Source: a bacterium (lineage in GTDB: Bacteria > Patescibacteriota > Saccharimonadia > Saccharimonadales > JAUPVS01). From it: a stretch of DNA of 64,000 nucleotides. The stretch lies in contig JAKOXV010000024.1 of the NCBI GenBank assembly GCA_029780855.1, positions 43,275 to 107,274 of the forward strand, written 5' to 3'. The notes under the pieces are model-generated. The model was not told the DNA's origin. It saw nothing but the letters and a program-made list of their open reading frames with translations, and did no database searches. The first letter of the stretch is position 1, and every line of letters starts with the position of its first letter. The translations under genes were made by a program, and so were the position numbers. Below, one piece after another: positions 57,060-64,000 of this stretch.

Positions 57060-58367
57060 CTACCTATACTGTCCTGGAAGCTCGATAATATTAACCCGCT
57101 TCTGTTCAGTGGTATCCCTATCCCTCACCGTCACCGTGTCATCTTCTAGTGTTTGAAAGTCAATCACCACGCATTCGGGCGTACCGATCTCGTCCTGTCG
57201 ACGATAGCGTTTACCAATGTTTCCGTTGTCATCCCACATAACTGCCCCATGCTGTTTCTTAAGCATGTCATATACTTCACGAGCTTTTGTAACCAACTCC
57301 GGCTTGTTTTTTAGCAGCGGCGAAACGGCAATTTTAACTGGTGCTAGATGCGCAGGAAGCTTCAAGTACGTGCGCTTTTCGCCATTCACTTCATCTTCTG
57401 TGTAAGCACTTACCAGCACGGCCATGATGGCCCGCTCTACACCAAAACTAGGCTCTATCACATGCGGCACAAACTTAGTGCTTGTACCCTTAACGGTGTA
57501 CTCCATGCTCTTACCAGAGGCATTTTGTATATTCATGAGATCAAAGTCGGTACGGTACGCCAGGCCCAAAAGTTCATCGCGCTTGTGTGGAAAATCAAAC
57601 TCAAAATCTATGGTTCGCTTTGAATAGTGCGCGAGGTCATCTTTGGGGACTTCAAGCTTGTGGACCGAACTTTCTGGCAGACCGAGATCACTCAAGAACT
57701 TCTCAATATCTTTGACCCATGCATCAAACAGCTTTTCCCAATCTTTTGGATCAATGAAATATTCGATTTCCATCTGTTCAAACTCACGAGACCGGAACAC
57801 AAAATCTCGCGGGCTAATCTCGTTACGAAAAGCCTTACCTTGCTGGGCTATACCAAACGGCAGATCCGGGTAAAAACTATCCACGACGTTTTTGTAATTA
57901 GTAAAAATACCTTGGGCAGTTTCTGGGCGTAGGTAACTAATGCTATTTTCATCCGCAACTGACCCAACATTCGTCTGGAACATCATGTTGAATTGCTTCG
58001 CTTCACTGAACGTGCCGGTTTTACCACAGGTTGGGCACTTATCGCCTTCCAGATGATCAGCACGGAAGCGCGAATGACAGTTACTACACTCTACGAGTGG
58101 ATCAGTAAACGTGGCGGTATGACCACTGGCTTGCCACACCTTCTGGTCCATAAGGATAGCTGCATCCACACCGTACATATCTTCTCTATCTTCTACGAAT
58201 GTCTTCCACCACAGATCCATGATGTTGCGTTTTAGGGCAACACCCAATGGACCAAAATCCCACGTACCGGCTAGACCTCCGTATATTTCAGAACCCTGAA
58301 ATATAAAACCGCGCCGTTTACACAAGGAAACGATATCTTCCATACTAACTAGCTTTTTGTTGCTCAT
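57060..58367 (-). CDS. glyQS: Glycine--tRNA ligase (alpha2 type)
   Basis: LCKRRGF, YLRPETAQGIF, FRNEISPR, EFEQMEIE, EPSFGVER, IGKRYRRQDEIGTP. Confidence 0.97.
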   Translation of the reverse strand: MSNKKLVSMEDIVSLCKRRGFIFQGSEIYGGLAGTWDFGPLGVALKRNIMDLWWKTFVEDREDMYGVDAAILMDQKVWQASGHTATFTDPLVECSNCHSRFRADHLEGDKCPTCGKTGTFSEAKQFNMMFQTNVGSVADENSISYLRPETAQGIFTNYKNVVDSFYPDLPFGIAQQGKAFRNEISPRDFVFRSREFEQMEIEYFIDPKDWEKLFDAWVKDIEKFLSDLGLPESSVHKLEVPKDDLAHYSKRTIDFEFDFPHKRDELLGLAYRTDFDLMNIQNASGKSMEYTVKGTSTKFVPHVIEPSFGVERAIMAVLVSAYTEDEVNGEKRTYLKLPAHLAPVKIAVSPLLKNKPELVTKAREVYDMLKKQHGAVMWDDNGNIGKRYRRQDEIGTPECVVIDFQTLEDDTVTVRDRDTTEQKRVNIIELPGQYR

Positions 58368-58473
58368 TAATCCGTATTATAACAGATGTAGAAAAATCCA
58401 AAACCTGCGTATTTCCTGTAAAGCAGCGCAATACGCTCATGCTATAATGCTAAAAATTGGAAATGGAGATACA

Positions 58474-59077
58474 ATGTACGACGACACAACACCACCAACA
58501 CTATCTCAAATGCCCCAAGCACCTGTAAGTCCTCCGCCAACTGAATAACCATTACAAACGCCGCCAGCCCCATCACCACAAGCTCCCCAATAACCAACAG
58601 CACCCCAAGATCCAGGTAAAACACTAGCTATCGTAGGACTGGTATTTGCATGCTTTATGCCGCTTGTTGGTCTGATCCTCAGCATTATTGGTAAATCAAA
58701 GAGCAAAAAAGCCGGAATACAAAACGGATTGGCTACGATTGGAATCATACTAAACGCCGTATTTTGGTGATTGGCACCCTTATTTTCGTAACGTTAGTGC
58801 ATGCAACAATGACTGGGGTTCAAACAAAAGTAAAAGATCAGGAAGTCCAAGTTGATCTTAGCTACGTAAAATCTCAGTTGGCTCACAACTATGACAGCAA
58901 TGGTATTATGTATCCTCACTCGATCAATTAAGCGGCATTGATCCTCAGGCAGTCATTCCACCAAAAGGATACAACTATACGTACACCCCAGAACCAACTG
59001 GCTGTACACAATGGCAAACCTATACGCTTTCTAGTACGCTCTTTGAAGGTACTGGGTACATGAAACGCCCCGGCTAG
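58474..59077 (+). pseudogene. Decayed DUF4190/pilin-like membrane protein gene
   Basis: In-frame TAA at 58546 and 58591, then DPGKTLAIVGLVFA...GLILSIIG, then a frameshift into a pilin-like D...L..Y..NG.YP segment. Confidence 0.7.
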
Positions 59078-59087
59078 AATCTATAGA

Positions 59088-59639
59088 CTAATGTATCGGG
59101 TCCGCATGACGAACCGCTAAACGCACACCGACAATAAAGAGTTCTGCTTCTATTTGCCCTGCTTCTGCAACTGGCGTAATGGTGTTTCCGCGTAAACCAC
59201 ATAGATATTCAGGGGATTCAATGTCAGGATGAGGTAAATATGCGGTAAAACCGGTGTAGGATGGAGAAACGGTGTAGTTTGGATAATCCCGACTCCTTAT
59301 TAAACCGAACAGCGCGACTTCATCAGTACTAACCTGAAGGTTATCAACCGTAAAGGCAATTGCGTGATTTTCTGCTGCTATTTCAATACGCGCTGGTATA
59401 GTTTTGCAAAGCGACACCCGTGCCATATCTGAAAAGCCCAGGACGATCCCCCGTTCAACAACCGGAACAAATGTCCGCGCTTGAAACTGGCTGGTTTCTG
59501 GGTCATGATTTTTGACAAACTTAAGCAAACGATCGTAATCACGCTCTTCAGAGCTGCGCAAATGAATGCGCTTACGTAAGTAACCACCAAACGACTCACC
59601 ACTTGCCATAGTTTGCTCATAATACTCCTTGTTTGTCAA
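59088..59639 (-). CDS. Hypothetical protein
   Basis: 183-aa ORF. Confidence 0.5.
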   Translation of the reverse strand: MTNKEYYEQTMASGESFGGYLRKRIHLRSSEERDYDRLLKFVKNHDPETSQFQARTFVPVVERGIVLGFSDMARVSLCKTIPARIEIAAENHAIAFTVDNLQVSTDEVALFGLIRSRDYPNYTVSPSYTGFTAYLPHPDIESPEYLCGLRGNTITPVAEAGQIEAELFIVGVRLAVRHADPIH

Positions 59640-59649
59640 AAATAGAAGA

Positions 59650-60858
59650 CTATGTAGTGAGCGCTCTAGGGTCCGTCACATTTTTAGAGGTGAAAAAGAT
59701 ACTGCCAAACATCATTATCAATGATGTAGTTATGATGACAAAGAAGATTATGCCGTCATTAAATTGAGTAAGCTGGAGACCTTGCGGAATCTTATAGAAC
59801 AGCAGGATCGTCACCAACCCGCGCGGAGCATAGAACAACTCGGGTACGACGTGCTTCTCAACAAACAAACGCAGATACGCATAACGAACCACATATAAGA
59901 TCAGTACAATTATGCATCCCACCACTAGGACATTACGATTCAACGCACCGCTAAGATCTATGGTGTATCCGAACAGTATAAAAAAGAACGTCCTAACCAT
60001 AAAAGACGATTCTCGGGTGAGCGATTTGAGCGGTTCTACAATTTCCCCTAGCCCCCTGTTAGGTGCCCAAGTCCGTGCATGCTCACCCGGTACTTTACGC
60101 CAATTATTTATCAGCAGACCAAATATTAGCAGAATAAGCAACGATGGTAGATGTAGCAGCTGGCCTGCCGAATACAGAATCAGCAGCGTGGCAAACATCA
60201 GAAAGAACTTTATGTTTACCCGACTATGCGTCAACACCCAAAGCAAGAGCAGCGACATGACAACCGAAAGAATAATGGCTACAAGTATACCGCCCGCCAA
60301 TAACCCCAGTGATTGAAGGGTAAAAATTCCCTTAGCAATAAAGTAGTCAAAGAGTAAGATGCCCAAGATATCGGAAAAGGACGATTCGTATGTCAAAAAC
60401 TCCCGCTTTTCTTCTTTTAGTATGCGGCTGCTTGGAATTACCACCGCACTGCTTACCACTGAAAGCGGAATGGCGTAGACAATACTTTTGAGCCAAGACT
60501 CGCCCAGGCGAGCATGCAGAACCAGCGCTATGCCCACACTGGACAGTAGCAACACAAACAACGAGGAAAGCAGCGCGCTGCGGATCAAACCAATTTTTTT
60601 ACGGGAAAATCGGAGGTCTAGCCCCGCTTCTAACACGATCATGATTAATCCAACAACACCTAGTAGCTCTATCACTACAGCAGGAATATCGATTGCCACG
60701 CCAAAGTATTTTAGGACACTGTGCAGCACCACGCCGGTCAGGATCAGTAGTAAGGCCGTAGGTACTTTAATGCGATGACTAAATGCTGAAAACACATATG
60801 AAATCAGGATGAGGCCGCAAAGTGCCATAATCGGCAAATACAGATTTGCTTCATGCAT
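59650..60858 (-). CDS. Cation:proton antiporter
   Basis: About 12 TM helices, ESSFSDILGI, PRGLVTILL. Confidence 0.85.
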   Translation of the reverse strand: MHEANLYLPIMALCGLILISYVFSAFSHRIKVPTALLLILTGVVLHSVLKYFGVAIDIPAVVIELLGVVGLIMIVLEAGLDLRFSRKKIGLIRSALLSSLFVLLLSSVGIALVLHARLGESWLKSIVYAIPLSVVSSAVVIPSSRILKEEKREFLTYESSFSDILGILLFDYFIAKGIFTLQSLGLLAGGILVAIILSVVMSLLLLWVLTHSRVNIKFFLMFATLLILYSAGQLLHLPSLLILLIFGLLINNWRKVPGEHARTWAPNRGLGEIVEPLKSLTRESSFMVRTFFFILFGYTIDLSGALNRNVLVVGCIIVLILYVVRYAYLRLFVEKHVVPELFYAPRGLVTILLFYKIPQGLQLTQFNDGIIFFVIITTSLIMMFGSIFFTSKNVTDPRALTT

Positions 60859-60884
60859 ATTGCTACCATTTTACCATTAGCGAG

Positions 60885-61571
60885 TTAACGAATATATTGC
60901 TTACGTATGGTGGACACCAGTTGAAAGCAAGGACCTAGCACTTTTTGCGCATCCTTAACCTGCGAGAGATGCGTCGGTTCGTCCAGCCCAAACACCAAAC
61001 GCAAATATTTTATATGTGCGGGTGTTAGCAGTCCCTGTTCGGTTTGCGCGAAGGCCATGGCCTCAAAATCAAACGTATAGAGCTTGTCCTCGACCAGGCG
61101 CTGCTTGGTTGTGTCAGTTTTGAGGTTTGGTTGGTGACCCGCCAACTTCAGCAGCTGGGCGTCATACCAAAGTTCCAAGACTGTTTCATTGAGGCCAGTA
61201 TTGAGAGCTTCAAACGCACTGACCAAAAGAGTGTAGTACTCTTCTCCTGGTTCGTCCTCCGTGGCCCGATGGATTCGTTTAAGCAGTTCGTATCCCAGCA
61301 TGGTACGGGTAAGATCATCTATAATTTTTCCCCAATGGGTTTCCAAGCGGCTGGATATGAGCGTATCAATATCCCCACGCCCCGGTATATAGCTCAGTTG
61401 GGAAATACTGAAAAGTTCTATTCCCCCGGCTAGCTTACTTTTTATTTTACGAACACCTTTTGCCATCAACCGAAGCTTGCCTCGATCAGGAGTAAGTACG
61501 GTCAAAATACGGTCGGCTTCGCCGTAATCGGTCCGGGTTAGCACTATTCCAGTTGTCGTTATGGAATTCAT
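60885..61571 (-). CDS. recO: DNA repair protein RecO
   Basis: GIVL.R.DYGEADRILTVLT...GK...AKGVRK.KSKLAGG.ELF. Confidence 0.93.
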   Translation of the reverse strand: MNSITTTGIVLTRTDYGEADRILTVLTPDRGKLRLMAKGVRKIKSKLAGGIELFSISQLSYIPGRGDIDTLISSRLETHWGKIIDDLTRTMLGYELLKRIHRATEDEPGEEYYTLLVSAFEALNTGLNETVLELWYDAQLLKLAGHQPNLKTDTTKQRLVEDKLYTFDFEAMAFAQTEQGLLTPAHIKYLRLVFGLDEPTHLSQVKDAQKVLGPCFQLVSTIRKQYIR

Positions 61572-61948
61572 GCCGTGGTGAGTAGCGCTCTGTTTACGGT
61601 TTGGTTTAGGTACGCAAGCGTAGTTTGGGGTTTGTATAAATGACCAACGATACCAAAATGATGCCAAAATGTATCAATCCCCGATTGCTTTTTAGGAAGC
61701 ATTGAGTGTAGTAGCACGGGTATGTGATCCCATTCCGGGTATGATCTGAGTTCATGCAAAAACTCCACCCCATTGTGTTCGGCTAGTTGTAGTTCAACAA
61801 TAATCAGATCAATCGTATGTTCATCCATTGCATGTATGGCGGTTTCTGACTTTTGACACCAGTGCACGATATGCCCATCAGCTTCTAATCCACTTACATA
61901 GCTACGAGCTAGTATTTTGTCGGGTTCTATAAGTAAAACTTGCGCCAT
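61568..61948 (-). CDS. Atypical receiver domain (phospho-Asp replaced by Glu)
   Basis: LLIEPD, DLIIVELQL, NGVEFL, K retained. Confidence 0.8.
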   Translation of the reverse strand: MAQVLLIEPDKILARSYVSGLEADGHIVHWCQKSETAIHAMDEHTIDLIIVELQLAEHNGVEFLHELRSYPEWDHIPVLLHSMLPKKQSGIDTFWHHFGIVGHLYKPQTTLAYLNQTVNRALLTTA

Positions 61949-61949
61949 A

Positions 61950-62651
61950 CTACACCAGCGCTAGTTGGTAGCTGGGATGCAAAGTAGCCGCCAAGCCAGT
62001 TAATTTATGATGCCTCGCAACCCGTAAACGAGATTCCATGGAAGTAAACAGCGAATCAGCGATAAACACTCCCGCACCGGCATGTGCGGTTACGTTCCTG
62101 AGCGGTTGCCTGGCCTGACCATACAGAGCCTTTCCCTGCCGAAAAACTGATTGACTAAGGGTGTTATTGTGGCAAAACACGCCCGTTACCACTCCACCCC
62201 TGCTCTTGTGCGCTGCTAGTACATAACGCTTGCAATCTTCGCCCGAATCAGCAGTAATCAACGTCGTCGCCAGACCAACGATAGCAGTCCGTAGGGCTTC
62301 TTGGTGTGCCATGACCGGCCCGTATTTCCCACTGAGACGTACTTCGATTTCACTGTCGTACTGCTTGGCCAGTTTATCTAGCATATGAGCACTATCATTG
62401 AGTGCCGCTGACACGGTTACTGGCTCCAAGATAAGCGACTGCTGCTGGCTTAATTGGTGGCTTAACAAAAAACTGTCTACGAACCACATAGCCCGTGAAG
62501 CCGCCGTTTCAATACTACCTAGCAGTGCTTTGTCAGGGGTAGCTTGCAGCAATTCGGCTTGCCGGGCAATTTGCAGCAACGGTAGTTTTAGTTCTTCTGC
62601 CATTGCTTGCAGGAGTCGCGCGTTCTTATCTGCCTTCAGTTGTGCCGGCAT
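61950..62651 (-). CDS. Degenerate histidine-kinase-like protein
   Basis: AEELKLPL in place of HELKTP; eroded N box and G boxes (GAGVFIA). Confidence 0.7.
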   Translation of the reverse strand: MPAQLKADKNARLLQAMAEELKLPLLQIARQAELLQATPDKALLGSIETAASRAMWFVDSFLLSHQLSQQQSLILEPVTVSAALNDSAHMLDKLAKQYDSEIEVRLSGKYGPVMAHQEALRTAIVGLATTLITADSGEDCKRYVLAAHKSRGGVVTGVFCHNNTLSQSVFRQGKALYGQARQPLRNVTAHAGAGVFIADSLFTSMESRLRVARHHKLTGLAATLHPSYQLALV

Positions 62652-62806
62652 ATACCCTCTACCTACCCCGTTAGTTTCTACGTGTAATTATACAATAATT
62701 TTGTTCAACAAATTTGCATTTTTGTCGTAATATTTATAAACAATAGCGTTACTGCATCAGTATGGGATATCCGCGTGGAAACGTTTTATCTTGATCGGCG
62801 AACTTT

Positions 62807-63469
62807 TTATGGCTCAAAGGTGAAGTTTGGCAGAATATTGTTATTGAAATCGTTCAAAAATTCGCTTGATTCGGTCCAGATTTTTAGGGTTTTATCACGC
62901 ATTGGCAGAATTACCATGTAACCCTGTTTCCGTGGAGCAACCTCGCCTTCCAAACGCATTCCGGTGACTGATTGTACCTTTGGAGGGACGTATGGAGCGG
63001 CCTTAATTTTACCTATCTTAATCTGTGATTCATAGCTTTTTAGAGCAGTCGTGTAGTCGCTCCCCAGCACTTGCACACGGAGCGCGAATGAAGTCTTAGA
63101 GGTAGTCCCCGGTACAAACACCGGATGGAAGTAGCCATCTATCGGCGTACTGCCACGATCTTGCTCGTTTACGTAGGCTCCCCAGGTCTTCGGATACTTA
63201 ATAACAACACTGCCAAAAGCGGCCGGTCCGTCATACTCTTTTAGCGGTAGTTTTTCTTTCTCGGCAAACTCGTTATCTTTGGCGGTGGAAGTTTGCTTTT
63301 TTGCCACTTCCACTGCAGCCGCCACCTTTTGATCGGTATTGTACTTATAATCTTGACGACTCATGTAAGCCCATACTGCAAAGCTCCCTGCAGCTACCAG
63401 CAAAATAGTTACCACAATCAGGGGAATCAGGAAAACGTCTAACGCTCCTGTGGCATTGAGCTTCTTCAT
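62807..63469 (-). CDS. Exported protein with pilin-like N-terminus
   Basis: KKLNATG-hydrophobic helix, coiled coil, YPKTW-containing beta domain. Confidence 0.65.
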   Translation of the reverse strand: MKKLNATGALDVFLIPLIVVTILLVAAGSFAVWAYMSRQDYKYNTDQKVAAAVEVAKKQTSTAKDNEFAEKEKLPLKEYDGPAAFGSVVIKYPKTWGAYVNEQDRGSTPIDGYFHPVFVPGTTSKTSFALRVQVLGSDYTTALKSYESQIKIGKIKAAPYVPPKVQSVTGMRLEGEVAPRKQGYMVILPMRDKTLKIWTESSEFLNDFNNNILPNFTFEP

Positions 63470-63511
63470 ACCGTTAATGGTAATGGAATTCGCCTATGCA
63501 AGCAATAGGCA

Positions 63512-64000
63512 TCAGTACTGGTACAGATACAGGCCTTTTTTAGTTTTGGTTGGCTTTTTATCTTTTATGGTAAATGCGAAGCTTACTAATTTGACCTTTT
63601 TACCTTTTTGTTCCTGGATAATCTTATTGTTCAATTTTTCCATATATTTATCAAGCAAAAACACAAAGATACCGTCCGCCGCCGGCCACTGTTTTTTCCA
63701 GAAGTCACCCCACACTACCGTGATCTGCTTGCGGTAGCGGATTGTTACAAACATCGAAACTATACACAGTAATGGATTTAGCTCGTAGCCCACTACATGT
63801 AGCCCTCGTTTGGCAGCTGCTAGCATGACACGCCCATCCCCACTACCTAGCTCTAGCAAGGTTTGACCAGGCTTTAGGTCAAGTAGATCAAGCGCATCAT
63901 CAGTTTGTTTCTTTAAGGTTGGCAGGTACGGTGCTCCGAATAAAATCACAAAGCCGAACATTAGCAGCACCACCACAAACACACCAAACAGCGCTTCGAT
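63512..64000 (-). CDS. Membrane-anchored class I SAM methyltransferase (5' end may lie beyond the window)
   Basis: GAPYLPT, LELGSGDGR, GYELNP. Confidence 0.85.
   Translation of the reverse strand: MEALFGVFVVVLLMFGFVILFGAPYLPTLKKQTDDALDLLDLKPGQTLLELGSGDGRVMLAAAKRGLHVVGYELNPLLCIVSMFVTIRYRKQITVVWGDFWKKQWPAADGIFVFLLDKYMEKLNNKIIQEQKGKKVKLVSFAFTIKDKKPTKTKKGLYLYQY

Noticed and set aside
58546..58593. Stop-codon reassignment (TAA read as Gln)
   Set aside because: TAA terminates many normal genes here and the same locus also has frameshifts.
814..59327. Other CTGATGA/CTGACGA occurrences as hammerheads (about 814, 17789, 21095, 24602, 59321)
   Set aside because: All lie inside coding sequence and lack stem II plus GAAA.

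Overview
Window of a reduced, moderate-GC bacterial chromosome whose gene content points to Patescibacteria/CPR, most likely Saccharimonadia (inference: compact dcw cluster, alpha2-type GlyRS, DUF3048, sigma70-R4/HTH protein, pilin-like N-termini, many apparently leaderless genes). Housekeeping content: rlmH, a pseudouridine synthase, der, pth, dprA, topA, mraZ-rsmH-ftsL-ftsI-mraY-ftsW-murG-ftsQ, yvcK, glyQS, recO, tRNA-Glu and a dif-like site where gene orientation switches. The main unexplained signal is a set of self-contained 'RNA cassettes' (1-2093 minus; 23505-24143, 24152-24857, 27431-28019, 28032-28550 plus). Each has its own AT-rich sigma70 promoter. Four carry GC-rich ORFs with actinobacterial-looking codon usage and an RBS, and their 5' and 3' UTRs are complementary, closing the transcript into a panhandle that covers or abuts the RBS. 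Two end in identical type III hammerhead ribozymes. One encodes a stand-alone RNA polymerase alpha-CTD. My hypothesis, untested, is that these are processed, translationally locked mRNAs tuned to a high-GC (actinobacterial) host. An orphan PafA/Dop-family enzyme, a pseudo-kinase/pseudo-receiver pair and several structured intergenic RNAs also merit follow-up.
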